From a virus, in the IMG/VR virus record IMGVR_UViG_3300014050_000003, positions 57,059 through 121,058 of that record: a DNA stretch of 64,000 nt; one strand, written 5' to 3'. A program made the position numbers and the translations under genes. Numbering within the stretch: position 1 is the first letter of the stretch; each line of letters starts with the position of its first letter. This document shows positions 8,020 through 17,517 of the stretch, in pieces. The notes under the pieces are model-generated. The model had not been told where the DNA came from, ran no database searches, and was given only the letters and a program-made list of their open reading frames with translations.

Positions 8020-10262
8020 ACGTTTACGCTACTTTATTTTATACATCAAAAGATAAAGATTATCAAAAAAACTTATATAGCTTTTTAAATAATTATAAGA
8101 ACATTGGCATTAAAGACGTTTTTCTTTATACAGACGAATGCCTACCAAATGAATTTGAATGGTTATATAAAGATTTTTTTAAAAAGCATAGAAGAGGTTA
8201 TGGGTATTGGGCTTGGAAACCTTTAATTATATATGATAGTATGAAAAAAATTAATGATGGAGATTTTATTCTTTATCATGACGTAGGAAGAAGTTGCTAT
8301 AATTTTGATATTCATTATAACATAGCGCCACTAGTAAAAGATATCAAAGAAAATTATGAAGGAATAGGAATAGCGAGAGGACCATTTAGACATAAACAAT
8401 ATTGCAAAAGAGATGCATTTTATTATATGGGATGCGATGAAAAAACTTGTTGGGATTTACCTCAACTTAGTGCTACTTGGAATTTTTGGGAAAAAGCTGA
8501 ATTACCTAAAAAATTTATAATAGATTGGATAAAATGGTCTTTTCATGAAAAAGAAATAATTACAGATCTTCCTAATAAATGTGGACTACCAAATCTTCCT
8601 GAATTTGATGATCATAGACATGACCAAGCGCTATTAACAAATTTAATGTATTTATATAATAAAAATAATCTTAAAATTAAACCTTTAATGCCCCATGGTT
8701 GGGAAAAACCAATGGATAATTGTTTAAGAAAGTATTATCATGTAGACCCAGATAGCGTTTTATTCGTGATAAAAAGTTGTGAAAAATACGAATCAAGAAT
8801 AGATGCCCTTAGATCTACTTGGTTAAAAGATAAGAATAATTATATAGTTTGTTCAGATCATGAAAATAAATTAAAAAATATAATTAAAGTAACTGATAAA
8901 AAAGAATATGTAGAACTAGAAGATAAAACCATCGGAATTTTTAATTATCTTAAAAGCAATAAAATTTTAACAAATAAATATAGATGGATATTTTTCTGCG
9001 ATGATGATACTTATGTAAATTTAAACTCCTTAAGACAAATAATAAAAGAAAATAATAGATCAATAAAACAGGCTTTTGGATTTGTTTGGGATTGTTTTAA
9101 AGATAAAGAAAATTATTTATGTAACACTCTAGATTTTGATAAATCCACAAGATGGTTTGATGGTGGCGCAGGAATTCTTTTTAGTTCTAAAGATTTAGAT
9201 AATCTTAATATTCAAAAACATAACACGCCATTTGATGATTTAAGCTTAAGTTTAAATTTTAAAAACTCTGGTATAAATTTAATACATGATAAAAGATTTC
9301 ATTTTCATGCTGGAATAGATAATAAAAGCTTATTTAATGAAAAAAATAAATTATCAGAACAAATAAGTTTTCATGCAAAAAATAAAAAAGCCGATATTTT
9401 AAATTTAATGAATAAAATTAAAGATGCCGTTGAAATAAAAAAGCCATCACTTGTTATCGGATTCTTTCAAAATTACAATTTTGATAAACTTAAGCCTTGG
9501 ATAAATTCTTTAAATTCTTGTGGGTTTAAAGGAGATAAAGTTTTAATAGGATCAGATATCAGCGACGATTTAGTTAATAAAATAAATAATTCTGGAGTAA
9601 AATGTTTTAGAGTAACAAATCTCCATAGGAAACCTAATATTCAAAGATTTAAGCACATAGAAAATTTCCTTAATTATTTTGGACCAAACTACGAATATGT
9701 TATTACTACCGATGTCGCAGACGTTATTTTTCAAAAAAATCCAGAAGAGTGGATTAAAAATAATATAAAAGATAAAAAAATTATAGCCTCCGAAGAATCA
9801 ATAAAATTTAAACATGAATGGTGGAATACAATGGCTTTTGAAAATACTTATAATAAAGAAATTTATAAAAAAATAGAAGAAGAGGAAATTTTAAATTCTG
9901 GCATTATCGCAGGAGAGACACAAGAAGTTCTAAAACTTTCAAAAGAAATATATGACACGACGGTTGATTTAGATAAAAAATTTGATATACCAGATCAACC
10001 TGCTTTAAATTTAATAATAAGAGAAAAATTTAATAATATTACTCTATTTGCAGATCTCGATATAGAATGGGCTACAAATTTATGCGTAACTCATTCTCCT
10101 TTTGAAGCGCATAAATGTAAACCACATCTTTTAAATAATCCACCATACATGGATGAAGATGGAATTATAAAAAATTCTATGGGTAAACCAGTTTATATCG
10201 TTCATCAATATAATAGAAATGATATATTAAATAAAAGAATATTGAAGAAATATGGAAATTAA
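8016..10262 (+). CDS. Three-domain glycosyltransferase fusion
   Basis: Domain 1: GYGYWAWKP...HRHDQ. Domain 2 (Fringe/GT31-like): WIFFCDDDTYVN, GGAG, DDLSL. Domain 3 (GT-A): TTDVADVIFQKNP, NSG, DQPALN, IVHQYNR. Confidence 0.75.
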   Translation: MNVYATLFYTSKDKDYQKNLYSFLNNYKNIGIKDVFLYTDECLPNEFEWLYKDFFKKHRRGYGYWAWKPLIIYDSMKKINDGDFILYHDVGRSCYNFDIHYNIAPLVKDIKENYEGIGIARGPFRHKQYCKRDAFYYMGCDEKTCWDLPQLSATWNFWEKAELPKKFIIDWIKWSFHEKEIITDLPNKCGLPNLPEFDDHRHDQALLTNLMYLYNKNNLKIKPLMPHGWEKPMDNCLRKYYHVDPDSVLFVIKSCEKYESRIDALRSTWLKDKNNYIVCSDHENKLKNIIKVTDKKEYVELEDKTIGIFNYLKSNKILTNKYRWIFFCDDDTYVNLNSLRQIIKENNRSIKQAFGFVWDCFKDKENYLCNTLDFDKSTRWFDGGAGILFSSKDLDNLNIQKHNTPFDDLSLSLNFKNSGINLIHDKRFHFHAGIDNKSLFNEKNKLSEQISFHAKNKKADILNLMNKIKDAVEIKKPSLVIGFFQNYNFDKLKPWINSLNSCGFKGDKVLIGSDISDDLVNKINNSGVKCFRVTNLHRKPNIQRFKHIENFLNYFGPNYEYVITTDVADVIFQKNPEEWIKNNIKDKKIIASEESIKFKHEWWNTMAFENTYNKEIYKKIEEEEILNSGIIAGETQEVLKLSKEIYDTTVDLDKKFDIPDQPALNLIIREKFNNITLFADLDIEWATNLCVTHSPFEAHKCKPHLLNNPPYMDEDGIIKNSMGKPVYIVHQYNRNDILNKRILKKYGN

Positions 10263-11055
10263 AAAACTTGCATTTTTATTTTTAATTTATGACGAGATTC
10301 TTCAAGAAGAACTTTGGTATGAGTTTTTTAAAAATATAAATCCAAATAAATATTCTATCTATATACATTATAAAAATAATAAAAAACTTAAATTTTTTGA
10401 TGATTTTAAATTAAAACAATGCGTCCAAACAAATTACGCAGATATATCATTGATCTATGCTCATAATGCATTAATCTCTGAAGCCTTAAAAGATCAAAAT
10501 AATTATAAATTTATAAACCTAAGTCAGTCTTGTATTCCTTTAAAAAACTTTAATTATATTTACGATAGTCTAACTTATAATGACTACTCTATTTTTAATG
10601 AAGCCCCAAAACAACAATGTTTTCCTAGATGCAATAATGTTTTGAATTTTTTAAAGCAAGACCAAATACACAAATCATCTAATTGGTTCATTTTAAATAG
10701 AAAATATGCCGAGTTAGTAGTATCAAACAAAGAATATATAGAATATTTTAAAAATACAACATCTCCAGAAGAGCATTACTATATTAGTATTATAAAAGAT
10801 AAAGGATCAAATAAAGATTTAGTATGCACACCAAATCTCGCAGAAGGGGCATCTACTTTTACTAATTGGCATGATATGCATTATCCAAATGAATTTAAAC
10901 TAAAAAATGGTCCAAAAACTTATTCAGAAATATCAGAAAAAGAACTTAATCTTTTATTAAATTCTCCCTGTTTATTTGGACGAAAATTTACAAAAGACTG
11001 TAAGATAAATGATATAGATCTTAAAAGTTATTTAAAATATAAAATATATGAATAA
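10252..11055 (+). CDS. Core-2/I-branching beta-1,6-GlcNAc transferase-like (GT14/Branch)
   Basis: KLAFLFL, YSIYIH, LSQSCIPL, WFILNRKYA, PEEHY, LFGRKF. Confidence 0.85.
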   Translation: MEIKKLAFLFLIYDEILQEELWYEFFKNINPNKYSIYIHYKNNKKLKFFDDFKLKQCVQTNYADISLIYAHNALISEALKDQNNYKFINLSQSCIPLKNFNYIYDSLTYNDYSIFNEAPKQQCFPRCNNVLNFLKQDQIHKSSNWFILNRKYAELVVSNKEYIEYFKNTTSPEEHYYISIIKDKGSNKDLVCTPNLAEGASTFTNWHDMHYPNEFKLKNGPKTYSEISEKELNLLLNSPCLFGRKFTKDCKINDIDLKSYLKYKIYE

Positions 11056-11827
11056 TTTAACATTAATAACTACAACTTGGAATGGTGAAGACGCTTTCCC
11101 TATAGAAAAAACTTTTCTATTTAAATCTTTTAAAAAATTTAATCCAAATATAGATTTTATTTATTTTCACTATAATAAAAATAATTATAAAGAATTAGAA
11201 TATAATTATAAAAAATATGGCATTGAAGGTGAGTATCTCCTCTATAAGATATATTTCTTATTAGAAGAAATTAAATGTATAGATTCAAAATATTTATTGT
11301 TTGCAGATGCAAATGATATTACATGTTTAAAACCTTTAGATGGAATACTTGAGCTATTTGATTTGAATAACTTTATTATCATGGGGCATGAGAAAAATAT
11401 GATGCCGTCTGAATTTGAAAAGAGTAATTGGCCTAATTATAAAGGTTATTCTGAATTAGAAAAAAATAGAAAGATTTTTCTTAATTCTGGTTTGATTTTA
11501 GCTAGGAAAGATCTTTTTATAAAAATGCTAGAAAATATTATTAAAAATATATTTCCACTTAATATCAATACATTTAAAAACGATCAAGGAGTTTATACAT
11601 ATTATTATAACAATAATATAAAACCAGAGATAAAATTAGACACAGAAAATAAGCTAGTAGTAAATACATATACAAGAAGCACCGATGAATTTTATAAAAA
11701 TGAAAAAAATCAACTAGTTGATAAATCAAATGGCAATATTCCATATTTTGTGCATGATAATGGGTGGAATTATGGTAGTCCAAAGTATAATCATTTTTTT
11801 GAACTTAAAAGGGCATATTCAATATAA
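11048..11827 (+). CDS. GT-A glycosyltransferase resembling the PLOD/procollagen-glycosylating GT domain
   Basis: LLFADANDI, EKN, FLNSG, DQGVY, IKLD and HDNG in the order seen in PLOD-type GT domains. Confidence 0.6.
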   Translation: MNNLTLITTTWNGEDAFPIEKTFLFKSFKKFNPNIDFIYFHYNKNNYKELEYNYKKYGIEGEYLLYKIYFLLEEIKCIDSKYLLFADANDITCLKPLDGILELFDLNNFIIMGHEKNMMPSEFEKSNWPNYKGYSELEKNRKIFLNSGLILARKDLFIKMLENIIKNIFPLNINTFKNDQGVYTYYYNNNIKPEIKLDTENKLVVNTYTRSTDEFYKNEKNQLVDKSNGNIPYFVHDNGWNYGSPKYNHFFELKRAYSI

Positions 11828-11948
11828 TATTGGGGCAAAATTAGTAGACGAATCCATACCTATTATTGAAAAAATTGGATTTAAATTAGTTACTCCAAGA
11901 TTTTCTTCTAATGGCTCAGACGCAGACTATCACTTTATTAAAATATAA
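11801..11948 (+). pseudogene. Probable 3' remnant of an FkbM-family methyltransferase gene
   Basis: Frame reads HIQYNIGAKLVDESIPIIEKIGFKLV...NGSDADYHF*, resembling FkbM C-termini; no credible start or N-terminal SAM motif. Confidence 0.4.
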
Positions 11949-11961
11949 TCTAAAAAAAATA

Positions 11962-11990
11962 TTGTCTATTCTATTTTTTATTATTATAAT
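11962..11990 (+). promoter_or_regulatory. sigma70-type promoter, near-leaderless
   Basis: TTGTCT-N17-TATAAT; ATG 11996 is 5 nt after the -10 box. Confidence 0.6.
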
Positions 11991-11995
11991 TTATT

Positions 11996-12985
11996 ATGAA
12001 TATTAAAAAAATGGCTGTAGTATGTGGTGCTGGAGGTTTTATTGGCTCCCATCTAGTTAAAAGATTAAAAAATGAAGGCTTTTGGGTTAGAGGAGTAGAT
12101 TTAAAATATCCTCAGTATTCATCAATAGAGGCAGATGATTTTCTTATTGGAGATTTGACTTGTCCATATTTTACTCGTAGAGCCATACCAGACGATACAG
12201 ATGAACTTTATCAATTAGCAGCTGATATGGGTGGCGCAGGATATATTTTTACTGGAGAAAACGATGCAAATGTAATGCATAATTCAGCTTTAATTAATTT
12301 AAATATAGCTCATATAGCTGTATCAAAAAGAACTAAGAATTTATTTTATAGTTCCTCTGCTTGTATTTATCCAGAATATAATCAATTAGATCCAAATAAT
12401 CCAAAATGCTCAGAAGAATCAGCTTATCCAGCTGCACCAGATAGTGAGTATGGATGGGAAAAGCTTTTTAGTGAAAGACTTTATTTAGCTTATAAAAGAA
12501 ACCACAAACTAAATGTTCATGTTGCAAGATATCATAATATTTTTGGTCCAGAAGGAACATATAAGGGTGGAAAAGAAAAATCTCCAGCTGCGCTTTGCAG
12601 AAAAGTAATAGAAGCTCAAGATGGAGGAGAAATTGAAATTTGGGGCGATGGACAACAAACCAGATCATTCTTATATATAGATGAATGTATAGAGGGCACG
12701 ATTAAATTGATGAGATCAGATTTTGAAGGTCCAGTAAATATTGGATCAGAAGAAATGATTTCAATTAATGATTTTGCAAAAATGATTATTGAGTTAAGTG
12801 GCAAAAATTTAAAAATAAAGAATATTCCAGGTCCACTTGGAGTTAGAGGCAGAAAATCAGACAATAAGCTAATAAGAGAAAAACTTTTTTGGGCTCCTTC
12901 TCAACAATTAAAAGACGGAATACAAAAAACATATGAGTGGATAAAATCCCAGCTAGAGGAAAATAAAATTGAGCCAAAATCTTAA
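11996..12985 (+). CDS. NAD-dependent epimerase, GDP-mannose 3,5-epimerase-like
   Basis: GAGGFIG, LAADMGGAGYI, SSACIYPE, YGWEK (YxxxK), IWGDGQQTRSF. Confidence 0.88.
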   Translation: MNIKKMAVVCGAGGFIGSHLVKRLKNEGFWVRGVDLKYPQYSSIEADDFLIGDLTCPYFTRRAIPDDTDELYQLAADMGGAGYIFTGENDANVMHNSALINLNIAHIAVSKRTKNLFYSSSACIYPEYNQLDPNNPKCSEESAYPAAPDSEYGWEKLFSERLYLAYKRNHKLNVHVARYHNIFGPEGTYKGGKEKSPAALCRKVIEAQDGGEIEIWGDGQQTRSFLYIDECIEGTIKLMRSDFEGPVNIGSEEMISINDFAKMIIELSGKNLKIKNIPGPLGVRGRKSDNKLIREKLFWAPSQQLKDGIQKTYEWIKSQLEENKIEPKS

Positions 12986-14108
12986 AGATACATATCATGG
13001 CAAAAAAATTGATACAGCAAACATTCTAAACATAGAAGATGCTGCAAAATTAATCAATGGCAGGAAAACTTGTATAATAACTGGAGTAACTGGTCAAGAC
13101 GGCAGCTTCATGGTAGAGTATTTATTAAAAAATACAAATTTATTAATTTTTGGCGGAGTTAGAAGACTTAGTGTTTATAATCACGAAAATATTAGACAAA
13201 TTAAAAGCGATAGATTTCATTTAATTAATTTTGATTTAACTGATGCTCATTCAATCAGCAGGACAATAGAAAAATTAAAACCAGATTATTTTATGAATTT
13301 TGCAGCTCAAAGCTTTGTGGCTAGTAGTTGGGATTTTGCTCGTCAAACTTGGGAAACAAATTCTACTGCAATATTAGATATACTAGAAGGAATTAGGCTT
13401 TATAATCCATCTTGCAGATTATATCAAGCTGGCTCTAGCGAAGAATTTGGTAATGTAGTTTATAGTCCTCAAGATGAAAATCATCCACTTCGGCCAAGAA
13501 GTCCATATGGTGCTTCAAAATGCGCCTCTAGACAACTTATAAAAGTTTATAGAGAATCGTATAATCTTTATGCGATACAAGGATGGTTATTTAATCATGA
13601 AGGAACTAGAAGAGGAGAAGAATTTGTTACAAGAAAAATTACAAAAAATGTAGCTAGGATTTATCACGCAATTAAAAATAGCCGAGAATTTGAACCTTTG
13701 GAATTAGGAAATATAGAAGCTCAAAGAGATTGGAGTGATGCAGAAGATTTTGTAGAAGGTATTTGGATGATGTTAAATCAAGACAAGTATAATAAAGACT
13801 ATAATGGATTCCCATTAGATTATGTATTTTCCTCTAATGAAACTCATACAATTAAAGAATTTGTAGAAAAAGCTTTTGATATAGCTGGAATAAAAGGAAA
13901 TTGGATTGGCGAAGGTGAACATACTATGTATATTTCAGAAGATAAAAAAGTATTAATGCAAATTAATTCTAAATTCTATAGACCAGCTGAAGTTAGTCTT
14001 TTATGTGGTAAATCCGATAAAGCAAGAAATGATTTAGGATGGAAACCCAAAACTTCATTTAATGATTTAATTAAAAAAATGGTCGAATTTGATATTCAAA
14101 ATATATGA
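12969..14108 (+). CDS. gmd: GDP-mannose 4,6-dehydratase
   Basis: ITGVTGQDGS, AAQSFV, YQAGSSEEFG, PRSPYGASK, LFNHE, FVTRKIT, RDW, YRPAEV; TTG start is uncertain. Confidence 0.93.
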   Translation: MSQNLKDTYHGKKIDTANILNIEDAAKLINGRKTCIITGVTGQDGSFMVEYLLKNTNLLIFGGVRRLSVYNHENIRQIKSDRFHLINFDLTDAHSISRTIEKLKPDYFMNFAAQSFVASSWDFARQTWETNSTAILDILEGIRLYNPSCRLYQAGSSEEFGNVVYSPQDENHPLRPRSPYGASKCASRQLIKVYRESYNLYAIQGWLFNHEGTRRGEEFVTRKITKNVARIYHAIKNSREFEPLELGNIEAQRDWSDAEDFVEGIWMMLNQDKYNKDYNGFPLDYVFSSNETHTIKEFVEKAFDIAGIKGNWIGEGEHTMYISEDKKVLMQINSKFYRPAEVSLLCGKSDKARNDLGWKPKTSFNDLIKKMVEFDIQNI

Positions 14109-14830
14109 ATATAGATTATGTCGTAATTGGTTCAGATGAAAATCCATTATATTTAGATTTTTGGCCAATCGTTTCAAAAATGTGGAAAGAAAAAATAAAT
14201 GTTACTCCTGTATTAGGTTTAATCTGTGAAGAAGAATCTGATCTTATAAAAAGCGAACATGGATTTATAAAAAAATTTAAAAAAATAAATGATATTAATT
14301 CTGGTCTGCAAAGCCAAATAGTTAGACTTTTTTTAACAAAATTTTTAAATGGATATTCTTTAATTTCAGATATAGATATGCTTCCATTATCAAAAAAATA
14401 TTTTTTTGAAAATGCCCAAAAAATAAGTAAAGAAAATATTATAATATATTCATCTGATAATTTAGAATGTATGCAAAATGAAATGTACCCAATGTGCTAT
14501 ATTTTAGCACATACTGATATATATAAAAAAATTTTTGATTTAGATTTAAATTGGGAAAATTTTTGTAGTTTATTAAATAATAGAAATCAAGGTTGGTATA
14601 CCGATCAAAAATATTTATATGAAAAAATAAATAAATTTCAAAAAGATGGAAATGAAGTTATAGCTCTAAGTAGAGGATGGAAAAATGGAATGGCTTTAAA
14701 AAGAATAGATCGAGCGTTTTGGAGTTACTATCCAGATAAATTAAAAGAAGAATATTACATAGACTCTCATTTATTAAGACCTTTATCTGAGTATAAAGAA
14801 AATATAGATCTTATTATAAACAATATTTAA
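14105..14830 (+). CDS. Putative glycosyltransferase-like protein
   Basis: SDIDMLP DxD motif, WYTDQ, RIDR, DSHLLRP; inside the GT island. Confidence 0.55.
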   Translation: MNIDYVVIGSDENPLYLDFWPIVSKMWKEKINVTPVLGLICEEESDLIKSEHGFIKKFKKINDINSGLQSQIVRLFLTKFLNGYSLISDIDMLPLSKKYFFENAQKISKENIIIYSSDNLECMQNEMYPMCYILAHTDIYKKIFDLDLNWENFCSLLNNRNQGWYTDQKYLYEKINKFQKDGNEVIALSRGWKNGMALKRIDRAFWSYYPDKLKEEYYIDSHLLRPLSEYKENIDLIINNI

Positions 14831-14834
14831 ATAA

Positions 14835-15500
14835 ATGAAAATTTTAGTATTAGTTTTATCTTTTCATGATAATGGGTTATATTCTTATTTATATAAAACT
14901 CAAAAAGAGACATGGGATTCAATTAATAATAAAGATGTAGATGTTTTTTATTATTTTGGAAGTTCAGATAAAAATTATATAAAAGATAAAGAAATATATG
15001 TTACAACAAAAGATCATAATTATACATTTAATCATCTTGGACGAAAATTTTTAGAAGCATTATCTTTAGTCGCAAATTATGAATTTGATTATATTTTTAA
15101 AACCAACTCTTCCTCTTATATAGACAAGCAAAAACTATTAGAGTTTATTGAAGATAAACCAAAAAATAATTTATATTGCGGTATTATGTCAAATTTTAAT
15201 AATATAAATTATATCTCTGGCGCAGGGACTTATCTTAGTAAAGATTTAGTTCATTATATATTAAATAATCAACATCAATGGAACCATAATTTAATTGAAG
15301 ATGTAGCGATTGGAGAAATTTTAAGTAAAAATAATATAATTTTATCTCCAGGGAAAAGATTTGATTTAACAGAAGCAACATATACTCCTTTTCAAGAAAT
15401 TGATTCAAGCCATTATCATTATAGATGCAAAATGGCATCTAATAGATCTTTAGATATATTAAATATGCACAAGATTTTTAATATTAAAAATAGAAATTAA
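14835..15500 (+). CDS. Putative galactosyltransferase-like (GT31-like) protein
   Basis: TW, FDYIFKTNSSSY, YISGAG..LSKDLV, EDVAIG. Confidence 0.6.
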   Translation: MKILVLVLSFHDNGLYSYLYKTQKETWDSINNKDVDVFYYFGSSDKNYIKDKEIYVTTKDHNYTFNHLGRKFLEALSLVANYEFDYIFKTNSSSYIDKQKLLEFIEDKPKNNLYCGIMSNFNNINYISGAGTYLSKDLVHYILNNQHQWNHNLIEDVAIGEILSKNNIILSPGKRFDLTEATYTPFQEIDSSHYHYRCKMASNRSLDILNMHKIFNIKNRN

Positions 15501-15526
15501 TATATATAAAAATTATAATTAATGGA

Positions 15527-16381
15527 ATGATATTATTAATTGGATCTTCTGGATATATAGGTTCTGAATTTAAAAGACAATTAGAATTAAATAACTTAAA
15601 ATATAAAGTATTATCTCATATAGATTGTCAAAAAAATTTAATATCAAATATTATTAAAGAAAATAAAATAAAATATTTAATAAACTGTGCCGCTTTTGTA
15701 GGTAAACCAAACATAGAAGCTTGTGAAAATCAAAAAGATAAATGCATAAAAGGTAATATTTTATTACCGATTTTATTAAAAGATATTTGTGAAAGTTTTG
15801 AAATAATATATGGTCATATATCTACTGGATGCTTATATAACGGATCATCAAAACAAACCAGTGGTTTTTCTGAAGAAGAAGAACCTAATTGTAAATTTGA
15901 AAATAATAACTGCAGCTTTTATACTGGCACAAAAGTCTTAGCTGAAGAAATTGTAAAAACTTATCCTAAAAATTATATATGGAGAATAAGATTACCTTTT
16001 GAAAATATACATAATGATAGAAATTATATATCTAAAATATTAAAATATGATACGCTTATAACAGAAAAAAATTCTTTATCAAATAAAATAGAATTTGTAA
16101 ACGCTTGTGTACAATCGATAATAAAAGAAATTCCATTTGGAATATATAATATAACTAATACAGGAAGTATATCTGCTATAGAAGTTGTATCTAAAATTAA
16201 AAAATATATAATGTCAGAGAAAAAATCTAAATTTATAACTATGGACCAATTTTATAAAACTATAAGTTCTATGCCCAGATCAAATTGCATAACAGATAAT
16301 AAAAAAATATTATCTTGCGGAATAAAAATGTCAGAAGTCAATGAATCTATAGAGAAATGCCTAAAAGAATGGAGTTGGTAA
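15527..16381 (+). CDS. NDP-4-keto-6-deoxyhexose epimerase/reductase (RmlD/UER1-like SDR)
   Basis: GSSGYIG, NCAAFVGKPNIEACE, STGCLY, SFYTGTK, RIRLPF. Confidence 0.82.
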   Translation: MILLIGSSGYIGSEFKRQLELNNLKYKVLSHIDCQKNLISNIIKENKIKYLINCAAFVGKPNIEACENQKDKCIKGNILLPILLKDICESFEIIYGHISTGCLYNGSSKQTSGFSEEEEPNCKFENNNCSFYTGTKVLAEEIVKTYPKNYIWRIRLPFENIHNDRNYISKILKYDTLITEKNSLSNKIEFVNACVQSIIKEIPFGIYNITNTGSISAIEVVSKIKKYIMSEKKSKFITMDQFYKTISSMPRSNCITDNKKILSCGIKMSEVNESIEKCLKEWSW

Positions 16382-17517
16382 TGAAATCTATTATTAATTT
16401 GGGAAATATACCTTTAGTTAATAATCTATTTGATAAACAACAAGACTCTTTAAAAGCTAAAAAATTTCCATTAGAAATTGTTGAATTAAATGAGCTTTTA
16501 ATGAAACTGACTGTTGATATAGATTCAAAAGAAATGTTTTCAAATTATTTATATAAATCTTCAATTAATTTACCTTATGTAAAACATTGTGAAAAAATGT
16601 GGGAAGATTTAAAACTTTTTAAACCAAAAAATATAGCTGATATAGGAGGAAACGATGGTGCGCTTTTAAAAGCTTTTAAAAGAAAGTCGCAATATAAAAT
16701 AAATTTAACTAATATAGACGCAAGCGCATCTTTTAAAAAAGATAATCAAACAGATGGAATTATTTTTTACAATGAATATTGGGGTGATAGAATTTTTAAA
16801 GATAAATTTGATTTAATAACATCAACGAATGTTTTTCAGCATAACCCATTTTATGAAAAATTTGTAAAAGGAATAAGCTTAAATTTGAATGGCATATGGG
16901 TTTTAGAGTTTCCTTATTTTTTAGAAACAGTAAAAAGTAATCAATTTGATCAAATTTACCATGAACATGTTTATTATTGGCTTGTGACGCCACTTTATCA
17001 TATATTTAAAAAATATAAATTAAAGATAATAGATATCATACCTCAAGATATACATGGAGGAAGTTTACGATTAATTATATCTAATAAAACTAAATATAAA
17101 GAAAATTCTAAAAAAATAAAAAAATATATAAATTTAGAAAAAAAATACAATTTTTCTAAATGGCATAAAAAAATAAATAATAAAATATTAAAAGATAGAA
17201 CTTTCTTAAAAAATTTAAAAGGAACGATTGCTTGTTTTGGTGCCGCAGCAAAAGGATGCGTATATCTTAATTGTATAAATATTAATAATAGATTTAAATA
17301 TGTTATAGATGATACAATTAAAAAACAAAATAAATATATTCCAGGAACACCATTAAAAATAGTCTCAAGAAAAATCTTGAAAAAAAATAAACCAGATTAT
17401 ATTTTAATTCTCGCCCATAATTTTAAAGATTATATAATCAAATCGCTAAAAGAATATGGATATAATGGCAAATTTATTGTTATGCTTCCTAAAATAAAAA
17501 TTATTAATAAACAATGA
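16381..17517 (+). CDS. NDP-hexose C-methyltransferase (class I SAM-dependent)
   Basis: LGNIPLVN, DIGGNDG, FDQIYHEH, HGGSLR, GAAAKG, KQNKYIPGT; likely start ATG 16381 overlapping the upstream stop. Confidence 0.85.
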   Translation: MKSIINLGNIPLVNNLFDKQQDSLKAKKFPLEIVELNELLMKLTVDIDSKEMFSNYLYKSSINLPYVKHCEKMWEDLKLFKPKNIADIGGNDGALLKAFKRKSQYKINLTNIDASASFKKDNQTDGIIFYNEYWGDRIFKDKFDLITSTNVFQHNPFYEKFVKGISLNLNGIWVLEFPYFLETVKSNQFDQIYHEHVYYWLVTPLYHIFKKYKLKIIDIIPQDIHGGSLRLIISNKTKYKENSKKIKKYINLEKKYNFSKWHKKINNKILKDRTFLKNLKGTIACFGAAAKGCVYLNCININNRFKYVIDDTIKKQNKYIPGTPLKIVSRKILKKNKPDYILILAHNFKDYIIKSLKEYGYNGKFIVMLPKIKIINKQ

